This document shows, one piece after another, positions 52,851 through 64,000 of a stretch of DNA of 64,000 nucleotides (positions are counted from its first letter, which is position 1; each line of letters opens with the position of its first letter). The translations under genes and the position numbers were made by a program. The notes under the pieces are model-generated. The model worked only from the letters and a program-made list of their open reading frames with translations, searched no databases and had not been told where the DNA came from. Where the stretch lies: positions 22,632,001 to 22,696,000 of the forward strand of contig CM052817.1 in assembly GCA_028534125.1 (NCBI GenBank), written 5' to 3'. Source of the DNA: Lama glama. Its lineage: Eukaryota.

Positions 52851-55087
52851 ATTCTTTATTTATCTACAATTTATACTTTATCCCTATATATTTTGGAAGA
52901 AAATATTACTGTATTTCTTCTTTCAAAATGTTGTTCAATCATTCTTCTAATGTTGTCTTAAAATGTAGAAGTTTTTGCTAAAAAACATATTCAGAAGATA
53001 AAAATCTGCACTCCTATGGTAAAAATCAGTTTAAGATTTTATCAAATAACTTGTGTTAATGAAATGGAGCTACTGAGAATGAGGTTACTACCTGGGTCAT
53101 CTGTCCCTGAATATATACATGGTATGACGATTATCCAATTTGAGTCCTTTCTTGGTAGGCTCATTTTCATGAGATAACACTCTTTTAATAATGAATAGAT
53201 TCAGACAGCCACATGCATGGTTGTACCAGAAACTTGTAAAGTCACTAATAGCTGAAATCACACAATTCTAGCTTTTCTCCTTCAGCTGAAATCTACATTC
53301 TGTAACAACAAATGAATTCTGAAAAGAGCAGCATGTGGAGACGTAGAAGTCACGTGTGCCTACCTGGGAATGAATTTCTCACGATCCTCTGCAGATAGCA
53401 GGTTTAGAAGGTGAGACGAGCAGAGTGATTTGGGTGAAAGGCACTGGGGGAGACGGGTGAACATGTTGCATTGATGTGATGACGTCTATGAGCACGGAGA
53501 TGTGGCAGCGACAACACACATCCCCTGCATTTCAGTTTTGCTGGTGGCCTGCCTTGCCCTTTCTCCTTTCTCATTCCCCCCCCGAGATGACAAGTTGAAT
53601 GAAAATTGAGATGTCTCAGAAAAATTCTAAAATAAACTTCAAATACTTGTTTAGAGAATTCAAGTGATTTAAGCAAGATTGTGACAATGGATGAAAACCC
53701 GACTATTAAAAGCGGTCTCATTCCCCTCTAAGAGCTATTTGAAAGAGATTTACTTTTATGTCTGGAAGCTACATTCTCAAATTTGAGTCTCTAAATCAGG
53801 GTGGTCGAATCCTGGTTTACCAGTTCAGTTCCACATGCAAGATAATATGACCCAGATATAACCCAATTAAGAAGATGAGTCCCTTCAGTTGTACTAATCA
53901 TTATTTTAGAAGCTTTGGTAACTCCTCATATATATGTAAAGGTATTACTGAAGGGTTAAATTTTCACTCTATTTTCTTAGGCTGACTAAAAAAAAATATT
54001 CTTTCCATTTAATCCACATTTCATATTTTTGCCCATAATTTAAGGCTACTTTCTGGTCACAGTGCAAGTCTCTTTGGTAATTTTGATAATTTGCCAATTC
54101 TGAACATATTACTCATCATATGTTTTTTTTTTTCTATAGCTACTCAGGAAAATGATCTCAAAATTGCCTATCCTGAAAAGCTACGCAATTTGTAGCAAAT
54201 TCTCTGTCAATTTTATAACTTGTGAAAAGTGCAATGAGCACTGACGTGAGCGTGGCAAGATGAAAAATAACAGGAAAACCTCACTATTGTGTCATTCCTT
54301 TCAGAGTATGCATAATATAATTATTTGCTATAAATTGCTCATCTTCGTATCCTCTTTTTATCTCCAGCTGTGAGTCCTGTCTGAGAACCAACTGTTGCAG
54401 ATGTTGTCCACTGCTCTGAAACTCTGTTGGGTTGATGGCCAAACACATGGAGTCACAACAACTCTGTGACAGGTGCCAGTGCCTGTGGACTTCTCCAGTG
54501 ACCCATAAGTGGTCTTAGCAGCTGACGAATGCCTGTACATAATGAAGGTAAATTTGGACAATTTAACTGACACCATTTCTTAAAATGGGTCCTAAAAGAA
54601 ACTGCTTGTAATGCCAAGAAATAGTATTTGCTCTAAAATCAGATACTGACATATCCATTCAGGTGACAAACACTATTTGATTTCCTACTATGTCTTAAGC
54701 AGTGTGCCAAGCTCTGGGGACAAATGTTAGAAAAAGCTCTCTAGTCTCAGACTGTTGTAGTCTCACCAAAGGAAACAGATATGAAAATAAGAAACAAATA
54801 CAAAAATACACATCTTGGTATTCTCATTATTTATTTATGTCTACATTTCTCCTATGGCTGTATAATTATTTAAAGGATGCTATCTCTAGCACACTCTGCT
54901 CTTTTCGGCTGCATAGTAACAACCTTCCATTTCTTCTAAATTGTGTTTTGATTGTGTTAAGAATAAAAAGCAAAGCATATATAAGTTTTTTATTGACCAC
55001 CAACAAATTATTGAAAAGCACTCTATAGTCCTCTTTGTAATTTTTCTCTGGACCTCTCATTTTACTGACATAAACCAATTCAATTTG

Positions 55088-56702
55088 CTTTTTATTCAAT
55101 GATAAAATTTTGCTGTATAATCCAATATAATAAAATATATTTTAAGCATAAATGTTCAATGAGTATTGCCCAATAAACACCACCATCACGATCAAAATAT
55201 AGAATATTTGTATCAACCCAAAATATTCTCTTATGTCCTTTTGCAGTAAGTCTTCACACCATCAGCCCCAGGTAGTCACTGATCTGAATTTTGTCACTGT
55301 AAATTGGTTTTTATCTTTCCTAGAATTACATACAAATGGAATCATCCAGGGAGCACTTACTTGTGTTTGGCATTTTTCTCTCAGCATATTTTTAAGATTC
55401 ATCCATGTTGTTATGTGAATCAGTAGTTCATTCCTAGTTATTTTGGGACAGTCAATCAAGTTTAGATACAATACAATCTGTTTATCCTTTTATCTACTGA
55501 CACACATTTGGGATGTTTACAATTTCTGTCTTTTATAAACAAAGTTGTCATAAACATTTTTGTACAAGCTCTTGTAGGGACATATTTTGGAAGGTTTTTT
55601 TTGAAGCTATAAATAAGAGTGGAATTGATGGACTGTATGTTAAGTGTATATATGTAAGAAATTGGCTACATTCCTACCAACATGTAATGAAAATGTGGAC
55701 AGTAGATAATGTCAGTGGCGCGATATCATGTACACATGAACACTATGCGGAGAGTAGCGAAGCAGTTCTCTGTTTATTGATTCTTGGCAAAGGGTTTATA
55801 TAGGACATGCACGATGCCTCACATATCATCTAAGTTATGACAATGTTAATAATCTTAATCTAAATAGGTCCCCAAGTTCCTGCAGTAAGCACAGGATGTT
55901 ACGTGATCAAGGACAGATTGTTTTAAAGTCCATCACAAAACTTCATTAAGTAGGCCATCTCTCATCCAGCCGGCTGTGCCTGTCTGAGGTTGTCCTCCTC
56001 TGAGGATCTTACCAATCATTGGCTATCTAGCCATCCATACTGGATACATGACATTCCTCACAGCTTGTTTATCAGTTCAGCCCATGGCTTATTCTCTAGA
56101 GCCTTCAGGTGGGGGCCTAAAGATATTTTCAGTCTTTTAGTTTTAAACATTCTAGTGGGTATATACTAATACCTCATTGTGGCTTTAATTTGCATTTTAT
56201 TAATTTCTAATGTTCTTTTAAATGTTTTTTCAGTTGCTTTGGGGCCATTCATATATTTTAGTTTGTGAACTATCTCTTCAACTATTTTGCCTATTTTCAA
56301 TCAGAATGGTTGACCTTATATTATTGACTTGCAAGATATACTTTTTTTTAAATATAGGAGTTTTGTGAAAGAGAGATATATAATATACATATTTTTCTAA
56401 TTGGAAAAAATATATATATCTACCTCTGTATCATCTATATATCCATCTGTATCTGCCTAGATTGCATTTTTGTACAAGTCTATATGAACATATTTTTGTG
56501 TTTTCTTGAGTAAATAACTAAGAGCAGAATTGGTGGGTTGTATGTTAAATATATCTGGATAGATAGGTAGATAAACCTGTTTTCTAGTTAGGAAATATTT
56601 GTCTACCCCAATGTCACAAACCTCATACAATTTTTAAAGAAATTTCATAGCACATATATTTAGGTCTAAGATTCATTTGAATTTAATTTTTGTGTATGGT
56701 GT
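55088..56702 (-). mobile_element. Old L1 (L1MB8/L1ME-like) 3' region, interrupted at 55694-56120
   Basis: caccaccatcacgatcaaaatatagaatatt...ctcagcatatttttaagattcatccatgttg...ctcattgtggctttaatttgcattt. Confidence 0.85.
55694..56120 (-). mobile_element. Unassigned LTR-like insert in L1
   Basis: Non-L1 block starting TG. Minus-strand TATA (CTATATAAA 55795-55803) and AATAAA (55773-55778). L1 resumes at ~56121. Confidence 0.55.
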
Positions 56703-57163
56703 GTGTCAGATAAGAGTGAAGGTTCATTTTTAGGTATAGAGACCACTGCAATGGTGTTTTGTAAGGGAGCAAGCTTAGGCTCAACTCCAAATACAACAAA
56801 GAAAAGTGGGAATTTAATTAAGAAGCAGGTTGGCCGGGGGCCTTTAGAGGATGGAAAACTACTAAGAAGAAAAATCAGAGATAAGGGAGGATTTTGGCTA
56901 AATTGATCTAACAGCATCCTTGCTGAAAGCAGACCAGGGTTTCAGACATCACCTAGGGGATTGTGGAGGATAAGGTGTCTGATCAAATACTGCGAGTGAT
57001 CAGATATCAAGGATGGGGGATTCTAGCTAAACTGACTTGGCAGGATTCTTGCTAGAGTGGACAATACAGAGATGAACACGGAAGCCCAAAAGTCAGGGCT
57101 CACTTCAGGAGAGAGTTTACAAGAACCTAGCCAGAGTTTGGTCAAGGACAGAAAGTTTTGTCT
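56703..57163 (-). mobile_element. ERV1 LTR (MER31-like)
   Basis: ggctcaactccaaatacaacaaagaaaagtgggaattta...tgatcagatatcaagg...gctaaactgacttggcaggattcttgct...agagtttggtcaagga. Confidence 0.8.
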
Positions 57164-57164
57164 C

Positions 57165-57501
57165 CCTTATGCACCATTACCCACAGGGAAACATGAAGAA
57201 GGCCAGTGACATCTCCACACACGACAGGTTGCAGTACAGAGGACAAGGGTGAGTATTAAGGAGTGTGATCTCTCATAATGGAAGTTAACATGTGTATCCT
57301 TTACTCTAGAGGGAGACATTATTTTTATTATAACTGAAGAGTAAGTAAACCTACTTTTTGCTCCAAAGGGAGATACTATCTATTTTCCAAGGCTGTTTGT
57401 TGTGCAAACATTTCAGAAAAGATAGAACAAAAGGCAGTCAGTGCTGCTGTTTGTAAGAGATGCAAGCATGTGAGAGAACCATGGAGGATTGTCTCTCAAC
57501 A
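57165..57501 (-). mobile_element. ERVL LTR (LTR40-like)
   Basis: Reverse complement begins TGTTGAGAGACAATCCTCCATGG...gcactgactgcctttt...aacagccttggaaaatagatagtatctccc. Confidence 0.75.
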
Positions 57502-58479
57502 CAAAACTGTATGAATATTAATAATGCAGAATTTAAAATCTGAATATCTAGTAGACATTATACCTAAATTTACATTATGATAATAATAGCATTCATTCAA
57601 AAATCATATATTTGTTAATTACCATGTGTTGAACATTGCTACAAATGCTTCAAGTTGAAAGTGATATTTGAAAGAAAAATTCAGTATTGCCTTTAGACTC
57701 AGACAAGAGGATGGGGTCTCTGTGAGGTCCTCATAACCACAAACCCAAATATAAGTACATATATTATGGAACAAGTGGTTGATTTTTTTACTTGGAATTT
57801 GGAGCTAAACTCTTGTACAGAAAACACCTATAAACTTACACAGCCACTCTCATCATTAACTTTCATTAGGCCTTAGTAAAATGATTCTCCCTGGTTCTTA
57901 CCCTGTACCCTCAATTTAAAGGGTGACTGTCCTAAAATCTATGAAGGTGTTTAGATTATCTTGCTGTTAATTTGGAAGACGTGGTACAGAGGTCAGCCAG
58001 TGGGTCAGGGGTTGGATACACTGAAATGAGGCTTGTGGAGTTTTGATGTTGCCTCACATTCCCTTCAGAAAATCACTGCATGCACCTTCACTGCTGAAAT
58101 TGACAGCAGTAGCCCAAATTGTGAGCTAACTAAATATAATATCAGGCAGCCCTGTGGGGGGAAGAACTGATGAAAATATGTGTGCCTATCTAGCTGCCTT
58201 CTGTATTTTCATCTGTGCTGTTCTCATTCTAACCTCTAAGGATTTTTAGATTTTAAATGAAACTGCTGCTTCTAAGGTTTAACGGTAAAAATCTAACCCG
58301 AGGAGTTACTTGCTAGAGTGGCACAAAAGTTCTGTATTACGTGTGTGATGCTTATGCCTCTCTTCTTTCTGTGTCTTTAAATTCAGCAGGACAAACACAG
58401 GCTGGAGCCTGGGCTTCAGAATTTGTACCATGTGTAGGATAGCTGACTTCTCCAAGGACAAGTTCACACCAAAATAACT

Positions 58480-59560
58480 AGATACCAGAAAAAAATCCTC
58501 TAAAGAAAGTTAACAAGTGTTTTCCATCTGAAGCAGAAGTATTGAAGACAATAGACTCAAATTTAAACCAAGTAAAATTAGTATACTTCAGCAAAAAAAA
58601 AAAAGCAAAATAAAATAAGAATGAGAAATATAAAGGGAATCAAATAGAAATGTTCTATAAGAGAAAGAAAACATAGGACAATCTTAGATGAAATCTAGTA
58701 TCATTAATATTCTATATACGTCATCCTCACAGGTTATCATAGACTGTCATCTATAGAACAAGTGCCAGATGAGAGAGACATACAGATAAGTAGATGGAAG
58801 TAGAGATACATGAAATGTTATAGGATGGGTACAACTGCAAAATAAATGAGTTTAAAGATTAGATCATAGAACTTTTGAGAACAATAGCAGAAAAGATAAA
58901 GTAATAAAAACACAGAAACAATACTGAGGAGACATGTACTTATGCCTGGATGATCCAATATAAAAATATTTTAAAAAATGAGGTAATATACTTAAAATAT
59001 TAATAAACACAATCTTCTAAGAATAAAAGAAATATGAAAGCTTTCAAATTACAATGACTCACCAAGTACAAAACATGATAAAATTTATGATGTCAAAGAA
59101 AAATAAGTAGAAGATCATTTTTAAAAGAACAAAATAAGATTTACTTTAAACTTCTTACCAGCATCTTTAGATATAAGGTGATGAGTTAATATTTATAAAC
59201 CACTGAAGGACAGAACTATGAGTATTTAATTTTGTATTCAGCAAATGCTTTATTTGTTTATAAAAGTACAAAATATGATCATGTATAGTGGTCCTCAAAA
59301 TAGTTCTTGGGCGAAAATTGGCCCTAAAACATTCTAACAATGAATAAAAGAAATTGAGATTCTTCTACAGACAGGGAAAGCAAGCATGATCAAGTATCTT
59401 ACTAAACTGTATTCCTGTCTAAAATTAATAATTAAAAATGGCTAAAATCAAAAATATAGAATGATAAATAATAAATATAATAAATAATAAAATAGGATGA
59501 TGCGCACAGTATATACTAAATGGGGAAGACCACAGCAACATGAAAGAATTCTAACAGATT
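58480..59560 (+). mobile_element. Very old L1/HAL1 ORF1-region remnant
   Basis: A-rich block with degenerate ORF1-like segments (gatccaatata; acttcttaccagcatctttaga; aattttgtattcagcaaa). Confidence 0.45.
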
Positions 59561-59868
59561 TTCTTCCCCCCTTTACTGCTTTTATTATGGAAAGATTTTG
59601 TTTTGTTTTATATATTCCTTAATGGAAAGTATTAAACACATTATTACTTTACTATGTATTAAACATGCAACTGTTTTTATATTTTCCTACTGGTTTCTAC
59701 TGGAGGGAAAAAAAAGAAACCTAGTGCTCTTTCTACTGGTCCTTCCATGGACAAGCCAAGAGGCAGAACTCCAGGAATACATTTTCTGTAGCTATTCTCT
59801 TTCCTACAACCATTCTCAAAGTGTATGTCATCTTCACAAGTACCTGGAGAAATGGTCAACTGCCCAAG

Positions 59869-59958
59869 GAGCCTGAATCTAGACCCAGAAGATCTCCTAC
59901 CAAAGGAGGAGATCTGAAGGTAGAGCCTGAATCTAGACTCAGAAGATCTCCTACCAAA
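59869..59958. repeat. 36-bp direct repeat x2 with 18-bp spacer
   Basis: GAGCCTGAATCTAGAC(C/T)CAGAAGATCTCCTACCAAA at 59869-59904 and 59923-59958 (35/36 identical). Confidence 0.95.
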
Positions 59959-61429
59959 TACTCCTCTGGCCACTTCTCAATTGCCTAATTAGGGACAATT
60001 TTTCATTTCATTGACCCTAGGTATATTTTTTTGTAAAATAGCAGTACAAACAACTTTCCAGCATGCCTTCCAGGGTTCTGAAATTAATATGTGATTCTAA
60101 TTTACTTTTATAAGCTAGAAAGACAGAGGAAGATAGGTTACTAATCAAGGACATATGTCCTAATAATACTATGAGTTCCAAAATCACAATGAAAAACAAT
60201 TTATTTTATATATTGAATGTATCCTCCTAAGTGACTAAACACTATTTACTTAACATTTTTTTACTCCAAAAATGTCATTTCTGGAAATATCCAGTCACTT
60301 AAAGAACCTGAGGTCAGTTCTAGGTTCTTTAGGAAATAGTTACTATTTAAATTTAGATCTACCTTTTAATCACCCCATGAGAAAATATGCACCCTCACGG
60401 CAAATTTAGATAGAAAGAATATATAGAGAGAAATATACAGGAAAGAAAAAAAAAAGGGAATGAAAAGGGAAAGAAAGGCAGGTGACTGTTACTGAAATTC
60501 AGTAAGATTGTTCATCTATGTATGAAGTGAAAGGCCAGAGAGGAAAGATTGACAAAGTTCAGAAACATTCCAAACTGCCCCACAAACCACTCTAGGCTCA
60601 GAACAGAAACAGTTTTACATGCTTCATCTGGCTACCGTTTGCCTACATTATGGTTTTTATGCTCTAAAAAACTGTTACTTCCTTCTGAGTCATGTCTCAC
60701 AAATACGCTATGTATATAATTAATTGGGTGTTTCACCATTGTTATTTCTATACAGCTTATTAGCATTCACAATTCTGTAAAAAAGTCTATTTTATTTTCC
60801 TTTTGCAAATGAACCATTGTATTTTTTCTATTTACTTCATTAAGTCTCTGATGTTTATGAATTCTCAGATGACCCTTCTTTGAATAAACACTGAAGCAAC
60901 TGGGAAATATCCCCACCTTGTTATACTCTGAGGAAACAAAGTCACATATGAACCAGAATTTATCACTATTGATCTTCCTCAGTTTGAAATTAAGCCATAA
61001 TTTATGAACACATTACTGTTCTTTACCTCCCATCCCTCTGCCACTCCTTTCTGGGAAAGACATCTTATGTGATGCCACTTAAAGAAAGGATATATGTATC
61101 TGCACTTGTATTTCAGAAACACATACAAAATTTCCTATGCAGTGATTACACACCTGTGGAAACCAATGGATGGGTTAATTAACACTAATTCCTGAAGGTA
61201 AACTGGTTTCACTTTAAAATCTACGGAGACACTTCGTGGAGTACCGACATTTGCCAAGTCTTGGTTGTTGAAGTTGCTTTGTTTCTTTCTTTTTGTCCTA
61301 GATAACATAATTAAAAATTAATGAGGCATAAATGCTAGGTACAATCAAGTTAAGGTTCATGTCATTCCATAAAGCAGAGAGAAGTTAACTGAATGCTAAG
61401 TAAATATTTACTACTATTATTTTTAAATT

Positions 61430-62600
61430 CACTGATTTACTCATTCACTTAACACTTATTATATGCATATTATATGGCAGGCATTGTCCTGGGCTCTAAG
61501 AGGTCAAACAATAAGAAAAGACAAACAACCACCTTCCCTCCAAAAACTCTAGACTTTGAACTCAATAAACTTGATGTATATAATTATACTAAATGTATAT
61601 AGATGCACAGATACATACATACATATATGTAATATAGTAAAATACGTCTGTATATATACATGTGTATGCATATACCTATATTATATAATGTGTACATATA
61701 TACAAACACCCATATATACATGTTCCAGCTTTTAAAATATATTAAATTTAAAAAAAAAGATTTCTAAAAGATGCACTGGAAAATTTGGGGGGAAAGTATA
61801 TAAGTGGGCCAGAAAGGAGAATCAGAAAGGCATTGAGTTGAAACTTAAATAAAGAATAGGCATCCCCACCCACGCACCCAAGCAACTAATGTAAAAACTT
61901 TCTCATAAAGTTGACGACAGATATATTGGCATGAAGAGGAGTTCAACAAGAGCATGTAATGAAATGTGGCCAACATGGAATCTTTTTATTGTGTGAGGGA
62001 ACTGGGTTACACTCTTTAAGTACCTGTAAAACAATGAAGATTATTGACTGGGGGTAGTTTTATCATGATTAGCTTTCCCTGTTGAGAGTGATCATTGTGG
62101 AGGAATTGTAAAGGCTAACTTGGAAAGGAGCAAAGCAATTTCCAACTAAGAAGTCTGGAATAGATGAAGTGATAAATAATAAATTCTTAATTAGACAAAT
62201 AGCAACTGTAAAGAAAAAAAAATAGAAACATTATTATAGTAAAGGATCCTTAAGAAATGAGACCTTTTTTTTTAAGGAGCAAAGAAAGAGAGAGAGGAAG
62301 AGAGAGAGAGAGAGAAATCTAAGACAACAGAAGTTTGCTGACATGAGTTCCTAAAGAAAAACTGATGTGTTCCCGCTGTCCAAAAGTTATTAGGTGTAGG
62401 ATAGATGCTTTCATCAGAAAAAAAAAAATAGAGAATTCGTCAACTTTCCAAATTTAGACATGCTATTAAAGTTGATGTTCTTGTGAAATATACATCTGAA
62501 CATCCAAATGGACATATGGATCCAGTATTTAGTAGGGATCTTGGCTAGAGATGCAAATCTGAAAGTTATCAGCATCGGTAAAGTAATTCTTTTGAGTAGT
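61430..62600 (-). mobile_element. L2 3' region with embedded TA-rich and (GA)n low-complexity tracts
   Basis: tttactcattcacttaacacttattat...tatatggcaggcattgtcctggg, and later catccaaatggacat...ggctagagatgcaaatctgaaagttatcagcat. Confidence 0.65.
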
Positions 62601-63439
62601 GAAAGCAACTTAATAATCCCTACCATATTACTACAAGAATTCTCAGAGTAGAAAGACTTTCTCTATTTTAATAATGTTTCAGAGGAACAGGAAATGGTTT
62701 TCAACAATCACTTGTTATGGTAATAACAGATAAGTGCCACAGAACACTAAGCTTGTTCTAAATAGTTTCTTTAAGATTAAACATATAACCTATACAAGTT
62801 CTCTTAAGTTTTAGAGTGCACTTGTCATTTTTTTCCTTTTGTTTCAAAACTTCAACTACACTTATTTATTTATAAATTGTGTTTCTCTTGAAAATGAAAT
62901 TGTATATATTTATTAAACTTTTATATTTCCATACAATAGGATAATAATTAGACATCAGAATACAATATTTTTAAAGAAAAAACTGTGTAGCTCAAAATTT
63001 TTAGCCATATGAAAGATATATAATAGTGTAAAGAGGTTATTGAATAAAACATTACAAGGTAAATTTATTTAGTCTATTTTCGGAGAACTAACTAGTATTT
63101 CATGTAGACCTAAGGAGAAGACAAAGGTGAGTTTGCCTTATTCACTACCTCGTTAGAATTTTGACATAGTCTAAGAAAAACTTAGACAATCAATCTAAGA
63201 ACTCACAAAGAATCATGAAAAATGAATCTTGTCCTTAATTATGAGATAGTGTATGACAGTGAAAAAAAAAATCAAAGAAGACAGAACTTCTCTATGGGGA
63301 TCTTTAAGATCCATGAGGCACAGATCTACTTGTGTGTGGTAGACGGTCACTCATCTACCCAAGCACTAGAGTAAGTTTGAATGAATATGTTCAATGAGAT
63401 ATTTGAATCCAATAAAGATACAAAACTTTATGGAGAAAC

Positions 63440-64000
63440 TACACTCTTTACATCAGTTTCTTGCACGATTAAATTCAAGATAATACACGCAGTTACACAA
63501 GCCAGAAATCTGAGTATCATCCTTGCCCCTCATCTCTTTTACTTCCTACATCTAATCACCAAAATTGGTAGATTTTTACCTCCTTAAAATAGGACAATCA
63601 TTCATGTCAATGTTTACCCTCACTGTTGCTGCTTTATATTAGGTGATCATTCTTTCTTGCCTGGATTGATGCAACAGCTTTTTTTCAGTCCTACCTTTCA
63701 CCAGTTCACACTCCACCCTGTAGAAAGGTTGTATTTTTAAATTTACAGACATAATTATGTCTCTTTTCTGTCTAAGACCCTCATATAATTTCCCATCACA
63801 GTCACAATAATGTCCAGACTCTTGACAACTACTTTTAGGAGGTTCCTTACAATTTGACCCTCTTATATTGCTCAACATTTTATGCCTTGTGATCCAACCA
63901 CTGTGGGCCACCGCGTGTGTATATGTCCTTACCTTCCTTATTCCCTCACCTTTCACCCCCTACCACTTTTACTTTGTTAATCACTGATCTCTTCTTTAGT
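63440..64000 (+). mobile_element. L2 body fragment
   Basis: caagccagaaatctgagtatcatccttg...tctttcttgcctggattgatgcaacagc. The ORF track has TQARNLSIIL, an L2-type motif. Confidence 0.75.

Noticed and set aside
54358..54576. 72-aa minus-strand ORF as a coding exon
   Set aside because: No recognisable homology, and the splice signals here favour the opposite strand.
59869..59958. CRISPR-like repeat-spacer-repeat (36-bp repeats)
   Set aside because: Only two repeats, an 18-bp spacer derived from the repeat itself, mammalian context and no cas genes.
60300..60331. 10-bp inverted repeat (also an 8-bp palindrome at ~46465)
   Set aside because: Short AT-rich arms, compatible with chance.
63121..63132. 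Perfect donor AAG/GTGAGT (similar ones at ~35315 and ~57249)
   Set aside because: Isolated, with no convincing upstream acceptor or ORF. Expected by chance in 64 kb.

Overview
AT-rich placental-mammal DNA, intergenic or deep intronic. I can support no host protein-coding exon, RNA gene, CpG island or CRISPR array. The ORF-track entries are chance frames or transposon fragments. Cetartiodactyl-type L1 3' ends, with no recognisable ruminant, suid or cetacean SINEs, suggest a camelid-like genome (inference). Repeat family names come from recalled consensus resemblance, not database searches. The window is mostly a layered fossil record of repeats: L2, MIR, old and young L1, MaLR, ERVL, ERV1 LTRs and hAT MITEs. 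The most notable structure is a four-level nest at about 24.1-30.0 kb. An L2 holds a MER34-like solo LTR (TSD CTTG). That LTR holds a deleted ERV1 provirus on the minus strand with readable gag, protease and RT start. The provirus 3' LTR holds a ~1 kb TSD-flanked, apparently L1-mobilised copy of non-coding sequence. Also noted: a 36-bp duplication with a fold-back spacer (59.9 kb), two candidate non-coding exons (53.3-54.5 kb) and a 100-N gap with duplicated flanks. I found no convincing novel biological system.
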